From positions 253,466-317,465 of the forward strand of contig CAWEMM010000010.1 of assembly GCA_963810095.1 (NCBI GenBank): a stretch of DNA of 64,000 nucleotides, in the 5' to 3' direction. The position numbers and the translations under genes were made by a program. The notes below the pieces were generated by a model that ran no database searches, was not told the DNA's origin, and was given only the letters and a program-made list of their open reading frames with translations. The DNA comes from an uncultured Chloroflexia bacterium (lineage in GTDB: Bacteria; Chloroflexota; Anaerolineae; CG2-30-64-16). This document shows positions 8,767 to 18,352 of this stretch, in pieces. Position 1 is the stretch's first letter; each line of letters opens with the position of its first letter.

Positions 8767-9263
8767 CGGTCAAGCCGGGCTGGCGGGGCCGCGCATTCGA
8801 GGACTTCGAGGTGGGCGACGTTTACGAGCATCCGATCGGTCGGACGGTGACGCAGGCCGACAACATCTGGTTCACCCTGCTGACGGTCAACAGCAACCCC
8901 ATTCACTTTGACGCGGCCTATGCCGCGCGCACCGAGTGGGGCCGGCCGCTGGTGGATTCCACCTTCACCCTGGCGCTGGTGACCGGACTGTCCGTTACGG
9001 ACGTGTCACAGAATGCTATCAATCTCGGCTGGGACGAAGTGCGGCTGCCCGCGCCCGTGTTCGAAGGCGATACCATTTACGCGGCAAGCGAGGTCCTGGA
9101 AGTGCGCGAGTCGCGCTCGAGACCGGGCATGGGCATCGTCAAGCTGCGGACAACGGGGATCAACCAGGAGGGGGTGACGGTGATCGCGTTCGTGAGGACA
9201 ATCATGGTCTACAAGCGCGCTCACTTGCCCGATGGATTCCGGCCGCCGCGCCCTACGAGCTAA
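8763..9263 (+). CDS. MaoC family dehydratase
   Basis: FEDFEVGD, GRTVTQADN, NPIHFD, PVFEGDTIY, ESRSRP. Confidence 0.92.
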   Translation: MTVKPGWRGRAFEDFEVGDVYEHPIGRTVTQADNIWFTLLTVNSNPIHFDAAYAARTEWGRPLVDSTFTLALVTGLSVTDVSQNAINLGWDEVRLPAPVFEGDTIYAASEVLEVRESRSRPGMGIVKLRTTGINQEGVTVIAFVRTIMVYKRAHLPDGFRPPRPTS

Positions 9264-9279
9264 TGGGGATTTTGTCCGC

Positions 9280-9483
9280 TCATCCCTTGTAAGCCGACGT
9301 GCTCTGGCTCGTGCAGGTGAGGATCAGGTCCTCTACCATGAGCAACGCATCGTCGAGCGACTCGGCGCGGCCGGCGCAGCGCGGCAGATCCGGACAGGTG
9401 ATTAAGATCTGTTCTGTCTCGGGCTCGACTTCGAGCCAGACCTCGTACCCCATCACTTTCAACACCCAGCCCCCGTGGTCCAT
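9280..9483 (-). CDS. Small HicB-like N-terminal domain protein
   Basis: Strong GAGGAGGAG SD; ITCPDLPRCAGRAESLDDAL resembles the HicB partial RNase H motif. Confidence 0.55.
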   Translation of the reverse strand: MDHGGWVLKVMGYEVWLEVEPETEQILITCPDLPRCAGRAESLDDALLMVEDLILTCTSQSTSAYKG

Positions 9484-9612
9484 GCTCCTCCTCGATCACG
9501 CCTGCTTCGTAACGCCGCAAGAAGAGGCGTAGCCGCCAGCCCAGGTATTTATCAGAGAATTGGCTGGGGCAGGTCGGAGACCGGCCAGCGCATTTTCGGA
9601 TAGATTCTGGGC

Positions 9613-10551
9613 TCACCCGAACCGGTACGTGACTCCCGTCAGCTCTTCTGACACGGTCCAGAGGCGGGCCGCGGTGGCCTTGTCATATGATGCCGCGCTC
9701 GACTTGACCTTCTTCGGATAGCCACGTTGACCCAGCAGGCCATCAGGCCCAATGTATTCGCCCCCGTGCGCCTCGGGCGACGTCGCCGCATAGACGCTTG
9801 GAAGCGCGCCCATGGCGGCCGTCTGTGCGAAGACCCCGTTGGCCAGCCGCATCATCGTTTGCCGCATGCGCGAGTCAACCATGTTGGGTCCGACCGACTG
9901 CAAGTTCGTCGACGCATAGCCCGGGTGCACCGCGAGACTGCTCGCCGCCGCGCCCGCCCCTTCGAACCTGCGCTGGAGTTCGTAGGCAAAGAGCAGGTTG
10001 GCGAGCTTGCTCTGCCCGTATGCCCGCCAGTCGCTATAGCTGTGCTCGCTCTGCAGGTCATCAAAATTGATCTTGCCGATGATATGAATGCCGCTCGCCA
10101 CCGTGACGACCCGCGCGCCCGGGGTGCGTTGGAGCAGGGGCAGCAAGAGCCCCGTCAGGGCGAAGTGGCCCAAGTGATTCGTCCCGAACTGCATCTCAAA
10201 GCCGTCGACCGTGCAGCGCTGCGGGATGGCCATGACCCCGGCGTTGTTGACGAGCACGTCAAGCCGCCGCTCGCCCCCGCGCACTTCTTCGGCAAAGCGG
10301 CCGATGGAGGCGAGGTCCGCCAGGTCCAGCGGCAGGAGGCTCACCTGCGCCCCGGGCGCAGCGTCGCAGATCAACGCAACCGCCTTGCGTCCCTTTTCGA
10401 GGTCTCGCACGCCAAGCAGCAGCCGGGCGCCGCGCGCCGCCAACAGCTTGCTGGTCTCGAGGCCGAGGCCGCTGTTCGCGCCTGTCACGAGCGCGGTCTT
10501 CCCATCCATCCGCGGGATATGCTGGTCAGTCCATTCCTGGTACGTGGTCAT
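9613..10551 (-). CDS. Short-chain dehydrogenase/reductase (retinol-DH-like)
   Basis: TGANSGLG, NNAG, FGTNHLGHF, YGQSK. Confidence 0.95.
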   Translation of the reverse strand: MTTYQEWTDQHIPRMDGKTALVTGANSGLGLETSKLLAARGARLLLGVRDLEKGRKAVALICDAAPGAQVSLLPLDLADLASIGRFAEEVRGGERRLDVLVNNAGVMAIPQRCTVDGFEMQFGTNHLGHFALTGLLLPLLQRTPGARVVTVASGIHIIGKINFDDLQSEHSYSDWRAYGQSKLANLLFAYELQRRFEGAGAAASSLAVHPGYASTNLQSVGPNMVDSRMRQTMMRLANGVFAQTAAMGALPSVYAATSPEAHGGEYIGPDGLLGQRGYPKKVKSSAASYDKATAARLWTVSEELTGVTYRFG

Positions 10552-10783
10552 GCTGTCGTCCCTGGCTCGTCTGGTTGTGGGCGCTTTTGCTGCTGCGCCC
10601 GCTCGACGGCGTCGCTGTTGTTCCATCGTCGCTCCCGCATTATAGCACCGCAGCAACTTCCTTGTGTAGGCTGCGTAATGGTATTGAGTGCGGGTCACAC
10701 GTCGTCGGGTGGTGCAGCTGGCGGCAGACCGGCCGTCGACGCCCGAGCACGGCACGGTCCGGATCAACCATCAGGAGGATAAC

Positions 10784-11110
10784 GTGGAAGGGTTTCTGGG
10801 GAGAGTCGTGATCAATGCGATCGCGCTGTTTATCATCTCGTATTTCAACTGGGGTTTGAAGATCAACAATGTGCTGACGACTTTGGTCGCCGCGGTCGTC
10901 CTGGGTTTGCTCAACGCATTCGTCCGGCCGGTGTTGCAGTTCCTGTCGCTGCCGGTCACGATCCTGACGCTGGGGTTGTTCGCGCTGGTCATCAATGCGT
11001 TCATGTTCTGGCTGATGGGCCGGCTGGTTGGCGTGCCCATGAGCAACTGGATTCTCGCGTGGCTGGCATACAGCATCATCACGTGGATCATCTCGGCCAT
11101 CGTAAGATAG
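10784..11110 (+). CDS. 4-TM membrane protein (YvlD / phage-holin superfamily IV-like)
   Basis: LLNAFVRPVLQFLSLPVTILTLGLFALVINA; AGGAGG SD before GTG 10784. Confidence 0.88.
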   Translation: MEGFLGRVVINAIALFIISYFNWGLKINNVLTTLVAAVVLGLLNAFVRPVLQFLSLPVTILTLGLFALVINAFMFWLMGRLVGVPMSNWILAWLAYSIITWIISAIVR

Positions 11111-11135
11111 GGGCGCTGTGGCGAGGTAAGGGCAT

Positions 11136-11555
11136 ATGAAGAGCTACCGTAAGGAACTGTGGATGAACGTCGCAGGCCGGCGCGGCTTCGTCAACATCAC
11201 CCCGCAAGTGGAGGCCGCCGTGCGCGACAGCGGCGTGCGCGAGGGGTTGGTGCTTGTCAACGCGATGCACATCACAGCCTCCGTGTACGTGAATGACGAC
11301 GAGAGCGGCCTCTGGCACGACTACGAAATCTGGCTCGAGAAACTGGCGCCGCACGAACCGGTCAGTGGGTATTGGCATAACCGGACGGGGGAGGACAATG
11401 CCGACGCACACATGAAGCGGCAGGTGATGGGGCGCGAGGTGGTCGTCGCAATCACGGAGGGCCGGCTGGATTTTGGCCCTTGGGAGCAAATCTTCTACGG
11501 CGAGTTCGACGGCGGCCGGCGCAAGCGCGTGTTGGTGAAGATCATTGGAGAATAG
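11136..11555 (+). CDS. yjbQ: YjbQ family protein (secondary thiamine-phosphate synthase)
   Basis: [42 protein letters not shown]. Confidence 0.93.
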   Translation: MKSYRKELWMNVAGRRGFVNITPQVEAAVRDSGVREGLVLVNAMHITASVYVNDDESGLWHDYEIWLEKLAPHEPVSGYWHNRTGEDNADAHMKRQVMGREVVVAITEGRLDFGPWEQIFYGEFDGGRRKRVLVKIIGE

Positions 11556-11621
11556 CGTTCACTGGGACGGACCGTGGGCGCGGTGTGCGAGGGCGGGAAC
11601 TGCCGTGATCGGGGGGGAGTA

Positions 11622-12302
11622 ATGGCTCGACAGATTCGGGTGACGTTGGAAATCGGACCGAAGGGCAAGAAGGTAGTGGCTGTGGCGCCAGACTGGCCCG
11701 GCTTTGAGCGCGGAGCCGCGACCGAGGAGACGGCGATTGCACGCCTGCTTTCATATGCTCCGCGGTACGCGACCGTGGTGAAGCAGGCCGGGATGGGGGC
11801 CGAGTTCGCGAGCCTCGCCAGCGTCAATGTGATAGAGCGCTATGCCGGCACCGGCTCGACCGACTTCTGGGGTATCTCGTTCGCCTTCTCGAGCATCGAC
11901 CAGCAGCCCATGTCGGACGAAGCCTTGGAGCGCGAGCTGGCGCTGATGCGGGCGTGTTGGGCGTTCTTCGACGACGTGCGTGCGCGCGTATCCGCCGAGC
12001 TGCGGCCGGGCCCCCGCGGCGGCGGGCGGGACCGGGACCGCATCGCCCGTCACACGATCGGCACCGAGCTCGATTGGACCAAGAAGCTTGGCATGCCTGC
12101 CCGACCCGATGCCACGCTGACCGCCGACGAATTGGCGGCGCATCGCGCTGCCTACTGCAACGCAATTCGGGAGTTGCACTCACAGAGCAAAATGGCCCGC
12201 ACCTGGCCGCTCAGGTATCTGATTCGACACACTGCGTACCACACGCTCGATCACGCATGGGAAATGGAAGACAGAGATCTCGCTGTCCATCCGTCGGTGT
12301 AG
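11622..12302 (+). CDS. Conserved hypothetical protein (HicB-like N-terminus, DinB-like C-terminus)
   Basis: APDWPGFERGAATEETA; RHTAYHTLDHAWEMEDR His motif. Confidence 0.7.
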   Translation: MARQIRVTLEIGPKGKKVVAVAPDWPGFERGAATEETAIARLLSYAPRYATVVKQAGMGAEFASLASVNVIERYAGTGSTDFWGISFAFSSIDQQPMSDEALERELALMRACWAFFDDVRARVSAELRPGPRGGGRDRDRIARHTIGTELDWTKKLGMPARPDATLTADELAAHRAAYCNAIRELHSQSKMARTWPLRYLIRHTAYHTLDHAWEMEDRDLAVHPSV

Positions 12303-12445
12303 ACCTGGTCAGGAGTTAGCGTCTCATGAAGTGGTGTAAATCCCCAGGTGCTTCCTGCTACAAGTAGCCAGTTCTTTAAGGTTGTGAAGCGTGCGCGCCG
12401 TCTTGAGCCGCTTGGCACCCAAAATGAACAGGTTTGCGCACCCAA

Positions 12446-13108
12446 TCAAGATGCAAACTGCTTCCAGTGGCCTTCAGAGACGACTTCGACGGTTCCATCG
12501 ACGACCTTGATGGCTGTCTGTTCGTCGATGGCATAGGCCGGGATGCCGATTTTGGCGGCCCACTGCTCTGCGTCAGCCATGGTGTTTGTCGGGAAAGCGT
12601 CCAGGTGCGGGAAGATCGAGAAGTCGACGACTCCCAGGGTCCGGTCATCCGGCGCGGACGGCCACTTGACGAAGTCTGCTCCAATTCTGGGAGTCATCAC
12701 CATGCTTCCAGCACTCACTCCCACCCAGACCATGTTCGTTAGCGAGGGCAGCAAATCGGTCAGCCCCGACTCCCGCATCCAGTGGCACAGATACGTCGCC
12801 TCGCCACCGTCAACCAGGAGCACGTCAGCATCTTGGACCCAGGGGACCCAGCGCTCAGCGCCGATGGTGGGCAACACGGTGAGCTCGAGGACACCGAGTG
12901 ACGCCCAGCCCAAGCCGGACGGGTACAGGAACTTGGGCTCGGCGGCTATGAAGCTTCGCACTGATGCCGGACCGCACATCGGGTGACCCCATTGTGCGGT
13001 GGGGATGCAGAGGGCGTGACACTCAGCAATCGGCTTGCCCAGCAGGTCGACCAGTGCATCGTGGATGCTGGTGTTTGTAACACCTCCCGAAGTAAGAAGA
13101 AGTTTCAT
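12446..13108 (-). CDS. Peptidase S51 (peptidase E-like), class I GATase-like fold
   Basis: MKLLLTSGG, LLVDGG, nucleophile motif GVSAGS, FPHL, YAIDEQTAI; AGGAG SD. Confidence 0.92.
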   Translation of the reverse strand: MKLLLTSGGVTNTSIHDALVDLLGKPIAECHALCIPTAQWGHPMCGPASVRSFIAAEPKFLYPSGLGWASLGVLELTVLPTIGAERWVPWVQDADVLLVDGGEATYLCHWMRESGLTDLLPSLTNMVWVGVSAGSMVMTPRIGADFVKWPSAPDDRTLGVVDFSIFPHLDAFPTNTMADAEQWAAKIGIPAYAIDEQTAIKVVDGTVEVVSEGHWKQFAS

Positions 13109-13369
13109 GACGTCGCTCCTTGCTAATGGGATGAGGTCCGAAAAGCTCATCCAGCTCGAATTGTAAGACAATCAACGGCTCCAATAAAGAAAGAGATCCT
13201 CTATTGCTTCTCAGAAAATCCTTTCCACCCACAGACATTATCTGGTCAGGACCTTTGGATGGGGCTTCGAGAGTAAGCTCGACGAGGTGCTGACGACGGA
13301 AGACGAGCCCTATGGGTTTCTGGACCGACAAATATGAATGTAGTAACCGTGCGTATTCACAACCGGTTT

Positions 13370-13624
13370 GAAAGCGGCTTGCATCATGATTACGAGGCGT
13401 GGTTGGAGAAACTGGCGCCGCACGAGCCGGTGAGCGGGTACTGGCACAACCGGACGGGCGAGGACAACGCCGACGCACACATGAAGCGGCAGGTGATGGG
13501 GCGCGAAGTGGTCGTCGTAATCACAGAAGGCCGGTTGGACTTTGGCCCCTGGGAGCAGATCTTCTACGGCGAGTTCGACGGCGGCAGGCGCAAGCGGGTG
13601 TTGGTGAAGATCATCGGAGAGTAA
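13370..13624 (+). pseudogene. yjbQ: 5'-truncated second copy of yjbQ (last 84 codons)
   Basis: Colinear with 11301-11555; 3 amino-acid differences and many synonymous changes; upstream sequence is non-homologous. Confidence 0.9.
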
Positions 13625-13630
13625 GGGAAA

Positions 13631-13655
13631 GGGACCCGGCAGCCAGCCGGGTCCC
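13631..13655. terminator. Hairpin between convergent genes
   Basis: GGGACCCGGC-agcca-GCCGGGTCCC. Confidence 0.55.
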
Positions 13656-13662
13656 GCGACAT

Positions 13663-15051
13663 CTACAGCTTGATGACGCCCAGCCCGCTCAGCAGCACCA
13701 CGAACACCAGCACCGGCGTCACGAACTTCACGAGCGCCAGGAATAGCCCGATGAATCGCTGATTCGCCAGCGCACCGTCGTTGGACAGCGTCGCGACCGC
13801 GTCTGCCCGCGCCCAGCGCCAGCCCACAAACAGGCAAATAAACAGCCCGCCGACGGGCAGCATGAGATTCGACGTTGCAAAGTCGTAGACGTCGAACATC
13901 GTCTTGCCGAACGGCTTGAAGTTCGCAAGCGTGCTGCCCGAGAGGGCCGCCAACGCCCCAAACCCTGCCAAAATGACCGTAGTCACTATTGTGGCTACTT
14001 TCCGTGACCAGCCCAGCCGCTCATTCACCAGCGCCACGGGCACTTCGAGCAGCGAGAGCATGGCGCCGGTCGCTGCAATCGCCGCCAGAACGAAGAACAA
14101 AAACATGAACGGCAGGCCCAATGGCATCGAGTTGAAGACCGCGGGGATCGTGATGAACAGCAGCGACGGCCCCGCGTCCGGCTTGAAGCCGAACGAGAAC
14201 ACGACCGGGAAGATGGCGATACCGGCCAGTACCGAAACGAGAACGTCGCCGAGCATCACGCGGACCGCGGTCGTAGGGATATTTTGATCCTCGCGGTAGT
14301 AGCTGCCGTAGGTGATCATCGTGCCCATGCCGACCGACAGCTTGAAGAACGACAGACCCATGGCGGCCAGGACGGTGCCCCAGGTGACCTTGCTGAAGTC
14401 AGGCCGGAAGAGGAACTCGAGGCCGGCCCGGGCGCCGGGCAACGTGAGGCTGCGCACGATCGCGATCAGCAGGATGGCAAACAGCACCGGCATGAGAGTC
14501 TTGGTGATCCGCTCGATGCCTTTCGAGACGCCGGCAATAATGATGATGGCGATAAAGGCGAGCACCACCCACTGCCACACGAGCGACTGCACCGGGTTGG
14601 TCGTGAGGTCGGTGAACACCTGCCCGATTACGTTCGGGTCGGTGCTGTTAAGGCCGCCAAAGAGGGTTTTGAAGATGTACGCAAACACCCACGCGGCCAC
14701 CTCCGTGTAGAAGGCGAGGATCAGGAACGCGGCGAGCGCGCCCATGGCCCCCACCAGCCACCACGGCTCCTGGCGTCCGCTGGCATTGCGGGGCGCCAGC
14801 TTCTGAAACGTGGTCACCGCGTCGGCCCGGGCCCGGCGACCCAATGCCAGCTCCGCGATCATCACCGGCAGGCCGACCAGCAGCGTACAACCCAGATAAA
14901 CGATGATGAACGCCGCGCCGCCATTGAGGCCGGTGAGCGTCGGAAACTTCCATATGTTGCCCAAGCCTATGGCAGAGCCGAGCGTGGCGGCAATCACCCC
15001 GAGCCCGGTGGCAAAACCGTCGCGGGGCTTTGTGACAAGAGACTGCTTCAT
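13663..15051 (-). CDS. Sodium-dependent transporter, NSS/SNF family
   Basis: GSAIGLGNIWKFP, NGGAAF, FFKLSVGMGTMITYGSY, GPSLLFITIP. Confidence 0.95.
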   Translation of the reverse strand: MKQSLVTKPRDGFATGLGVIAATLGSAIGLGNIWKFPTLTGLNGGAAFIIVYLGCTLLVGLPVMIAELALGRRARADAVTTFQKLAPRNASGRQEPWWLVGAMGALAAFLILAFYTEVAAWVFAYIFKTLFGGLNSTDPNVIGQVFTDLTTNPVQSLVWQWVVLAFIAIIIIAGVSKGIERITKTLMPVLFAILLIAIVRSLTLPGARAGLEFLFRPDFSKVTWGTVLAAMGLSFFKLSVGMGTMITYGSYYREDQNIPTTAVRVMLGDVLVSVLAGIAIFPVVFSFGFKPDAGPSLLFITIPAVFNSMPLGLPFMFLFFVLAAIAATGAMLSLLEVPVALVNERLGWSRKVATIVTTVILAGFGALAALSGSTLANFKPFGKTMFDVYDFATSNLMLPVGGLFICLFVGWRWARADAVATLSNDGALANQRFIGLFLALVKFVTPVLVFVVLLSGLGVIKL

Positions 15052-15196
15052 GAGGCCTCCGAAAATGTGTCACGCGGACCGCGACGCTGCGTTGACCGCA
15101 AGGTGTCGGGCTCCCTAAGTGCCTGAACCCCAAACCCGGCTATCCTACTCTCCGTGCCGGTTCGTGTCAAATTGCACAGAAAGAACGGCGATTTCT

Positions 15197-15225
15197 TTGA
15201 CTTTCGCACCTTTTTCACCTATAAT
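15197..15225 (+). promoter_or_regulatory. sigma70 promoter of the yvcK-gap operon
   Basis: TTGACT-17 nt-TATAAT. Confidence 0.75.
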
Positions 15226-15250
15226 CTTACAGGTTGTGTACGAGGTGAGG

Positions 15251-16561
15251 ATGAGAGGATGGTTGGATCGGAATAGCCAGTGGAAGTGGTTACGACCCGG
15301 GATGGGCGTCAAGCGCTGGCTGGTCCTGCTCGTCGTCGGCCTCGTGTTGCTCGCGTTCGCGGTCGCCGCTTTGCCGAGGATGTCGGCGGTTTGGGCGCAG
15401 GTGCAGCGACTGCACGTGGGCCAGGTCGATCCTGTCGCCGAGATGGTGCTCTTTGGCGTCGCGGGCCTGGTGCTTGTCGCGTTGGCAATCTTCGGGCTTA
15501 ACCGCACGCTGGTTTCGGCCTTCCGCCGCAGCAATCAGACCGAGGTGGCCGAGGTGGTGTACCGCCACCGGCAGCGCCAACGTGGGCCGAAGGTGGTTGC
15601 GATCGGCGGCGGGCACGGGCTGAACACCTTGCTCCGCGGCCTGAAACAGCATACCGATAACATCACTGCCATCGTCACCGTCGCCGATGACGGCGGCTCC
15701 AGCGGGCGGCTGCGCCGCGACCTGGGCATGCTGCCCCCCGGCGATTTCCGCAACTGCCTGGCCGCGCTCTCCGAGTCGGAAGGGCTGGTTTCGCAGCTGT
15801 TCCAGTATCGTTTCGGCGAGGATACCGATCTCGACGGCCACAGCTTTGGCAACCTGTACCTGACCGCAATGACCGCGATTACGGGGAGCTTCGAAGCTGC
15901 GCTCGAAGAGTCGAGCCGGGTGCTGGCGGTGCGCGGCCGGGTCATTCCGTCGACGCTTGCCCAGGTGACCCTGGCGGCCGAAGTGCTGGAAGCGGCGGGT
16001 GTGGGGGGCGCGGGCCGGCCCACGCTCACGCACGTTCGCGGCGAGTCGAACATCGGTCACGCTGCGGGACGCATCCAGCGGGTGTACCTGCTGCCCGAGG
16101 ACCCGCCCGCGTATCCGGAGGCGATCCGGGCGGTGTTGGATGCGGATTTGATCGTGATCGGACCGGGCAGCCTGTATACGAGTGTGCTGCCCAACCTGCT
16201 TGTGCCAGACCTGTGCGCGGCGCTCGAGTCGGCGCAGGCCCTTAGAGTCTATGTGTGCAACGTCGCCACCCAGGCGGGCGAGACGGCCGGTTATGATGTC
16301 ATGGACCACGTCGATGCCCTTACAAGCCATGTCGGTCGCGGCGTCTTTTCTGTTGTCCTGGCCAACGGGAACCTGATCCCCGGCAGGAGCTTGGGGGGCG
16401 GCGCCGAATGGGTGCGGCCGCCAGAGCGCGGTGCTGCGCAGCGGGAGACGCAGGGCTACCGGCTGATGTTGGCCGACCTGGTCGATGCGGAGTATCCCTG
16501 GCGCCATGACGACACCAAGCTGGCACACGCGCTCATGTCGCTGGTCGGCGACGTGCATTAG
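15251..16561 (+). CDS. YvcK/GlmR (UPF0052) family protein with N-terminal TM segments
   Basis: KVVAIGGGHGL, VTVADDGGSSGRLR, PPGDFRNC, GHSFGNL, GPGSLYTSVLPNL. Confidence 0.95.
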   Translation: MRGWLDRNSQWKWLRPGMGVKRWLVLLVVGLVLLAFAVAALPRMSAVWAQVQRLHVGQVDPVAEMVLFGVAGLVLVALAIFGLNRTLVSAFRRSNQTEVAEVVYRHRQRQRGPKVVAIGGGHGLNTLLRGLKQHTDNITAIVTVADDGGSSGRLRRDLGMLPPGDFRNCLAALSESEGLVSQLFQYRFGEDTDLDGHSFGNLYLTAMTAITGSFEAALEESSRVLAVRGRVIPSTLAQVTLAAEVLEAAGVGGAGRPTLTHVRGESNIGHAAGRIQRVYLLPEDPPAYPEAIRAVLDADLIVIGPGSLYTSVLPNLLVPDLCAALESAQALRVYVCNVATQAGETAGYDVMDHVDALTSHVGRGVFSVVLANGNLIPGRSLGGGAEWVRPPERGAAQRETQGYRLMLADLVDAEYPWRHDDTKLAHALMSLVGDVH

Positions 16562-16576
16562 GAGAAAACGGCTGTT

Positions 16577-17146
16577 ATGACCACATCCGAGCCGTCTGGA
16601 CGCCTCTTCCATACCCTCTATCATGTGGCGCGCACCGTTAACTCTTCTCTGGATATCATGCAAGTCCTGCAAACGATCGTCGCATCGACCGCCGAGGCCC
16701 TCGACGCCCGTGCCTGCTCGTTGCGTTTGCTCGGGCCGGACGGCAAACACCTGATGTTCGGCGCGGCGTACGGGCTGAGTGCGGCCTACCGGGCGAAGGG
16801 GCCGGTCATGCTCGCGCACAGCGAGGTCGATGCGCTGGCGCTGCAGAGCAACCGGACGGTCTTGGTGGAGGACGCCCGCAGCGATGCTCGCTTTCAATAC
16901 CCGGAAGATGCGCGCGAGGAGGGCATCGTTTCGGTCCTCGTGACCCCACTGCGGGTGCAGGACCGGCCGATCGGCGTCTTGCGCATCTATACGTCGACCT
17001 CGCGCAGCTTTCAAAACGAAGAGCGCGAGCTGGCGGAGGCCATCGCCAGCCTCAGCGCGGTGGCGATCGAGAATGGGCGCCTCTACGAACGGTTGAACCG
17101 AGATTACCAGGCCGCCGTCGCATTCGATCAAAGGGAGTTCGACTAA
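16577..17146 (+). CDS. Stand-alone GAF domain protein
   Basis: VNSSLDIMQVLQTIV...DARSDARFQY...SVLVTPL...IGVLRIY...AVAIENGRLY. Confidence 0.9.
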   Translation: MTTSEPSGRLFHTLYHVARTVNSSLDIMQVLQTIVASTAEALDARACSLRLLGPDGKHLMFGAAYGLSAAYRAKGPVMLAHSEVDALALQSNRTVLVEDARSDARFQYPEDAREEGIVSVLVTPLRVQDRPIGVLRIYTSTSRSFQNEERELAEAIASLSAVAIENGRLYERLNRDYQAAVAFDQREFD

Positions 17147-17239
17147 GCCGGATCCAGGAGTGCAATCGGCGCTGGCGCACGGCGCGAGCGCTGGCATATC
17201 GCATTGTGACCGAAGTATTCCATTAAGGAGAGTGTTTCC

Positions 17240-18298
17240 ATGACAGTTCGTGTTGGCATCAACGGCTTTGGCCGCATCGGGCGGCAGGTTCTAAAGGCGA
17301 TTCGCGACTACCACGGGTCGGAGCTCGAGGTGGTGGCGTTCAACGACATCGGCGACCTGAAGACGATGGCGCACTTGCTGAAGTACGACAGCAACTACGG
17401 CCGCTTCGACGGCACGGTCGAGGTGCAGGACGATGCGCTGCTGATCGACGGCAAGCCGGTCAAGGCATTCAAAGAAACCGATCCGGGCAAGATCCCGTGG
17501 GGCGACCTGGGCGTTTCGATCGTTATCGAGTCCACCGGGCTCTTCACGATCAAGGAAGACGGCGTCAACAAGAAGGGCAAGGTTGTGCAGGGTGCCGTTA
17601 ATCACATCACCCGCGGCGGCGCCAAGAAGGTCATCATTTCCGCTCCGTCCGAGGGCGAAGACCTGACCATCGTCATGGGCGTCAACGAAGATAAGTACGA
17701 CCCCGCGGTGCACCACGTCGTTTCGAACGCGTCATGCACCACCAACTGCCTCGCGCCCGCCGCCAAGATCGTGAACGATAACTACGGCATCGTGCGTGCC
17801 CTGATGACGACCATCCACGCCTACACGAACGACCAGAAGATCCTGGACCTGCCCCACAGCGACTTGCGCCGGGCGCGCGCGGCCGCGATGAGCATCATCC
17901 CGACGACCACCGGCGCCGCAAAGGCCGTTTCGTTGGTCATCCCCGAGCTGAAGGGCAAGTTCGACGGCTACGCACTGCGCGTGCCGACTTCGACCGTCTC
18001 GGTCGTGGACTTCACCGCGCAGATCGAGAAGCCCACGAACACGGAAGCGCTGCGCCAGGCCTTCCGCGATGCAGCCGCCACCCCGCGCCTGAAGGGCATC
18101 CTGGCCGCGGTCGACGAGCCGCTGGTCTCAATCGACTACAAGGGCGATCCGCACAGCTCGTCCGTCGATCTGCCGTTCACCTCGGTGCTGGGCAAGGGCG
18201 ACAACGACTTCATCAAGGTCGTTACCTGGTACGACAATGAGTGGGGTTACAGCGCCCGCACGTCCGACCTGGCCGCCTTGATGGCAAAGAGCCTCTAA
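17240..18298 (+). CDS. gap: Type I glyceraldehyde-3-phosphate dehydrogenase
   Basis: [31 protein letters not shown]. Confidence 0.98.
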   Translation: MTVRVGINGFGRIGRQVLKAIRDYHGSELEVVAFNDIGDLKTMAHLLKYDSNYGRFDGTVEVQDDALLIDGKPVKAFKETDPGKIPWGDLGVSIVIESTGLFTIKEDGVNKKGKVVQGAVNHITRGGAKKVIISAPSEGEDLTIVMGVNEDKYDPAVHHVVSNASCTTNCLAPAAKIVNDNYGIVRALMTTIHAYTNDQKILDLPHSDLRRARAAAMSIIPTTTGAAKAVSLVIPELKGKFDGYALRVPTSTVSVVDFTAQIEKPTNTEALRQAFRDAAATPRLKGILAAVDEPLVSIDYKGDPHSSSVDLPFTSVLGKGDNDFIKVVTWYDNEWGYSARTSDLAALMAKSL

Positions 18299-18352
18299 GA
18301 TTCATTCATGTCGGGGCAACTGAGGTTGCCCCGACATAGAAAGCAATTCGCC

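Noticed and set aside
10784-11110. Holin-like gene as evidence of a prophage
   Set aside because: This 4-TM family is commonly chromosomal, and no phage genes are nearby
12310-12330. GTTAGC as an integron attC core
   Set aside because: Does not fit GTTRRRY, has no matching inverse core or stem, and there is no integrase
13345-13375. dif/Xer-like site at the yjbQ duplicate junction
   Set aside because: Only a short GTGCGTA resemblance; no XerD arm
13023-13478. 151-aa minus-strand ORF in the low-GC segment
   Set aside because: Overlaps the yjbQ fragment and the peptidase, with no SD or recognisable motif; it may be a gene remnant but cannot be supported
15290-17197. Long antisense ORFs (for example 635 aa here, 44448-46085, 47305-48762)
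   Set aside because: They are shadows of well-supported genes on the opposite strand in GC-rich DNA and have no recognisable motifs
17545-17600. Insertion [15 protein letters not shown] in GAPDH
   Set aside because: Surface-loop insertions at this position occur in other GAPDHs and the catalytic motifs are normal
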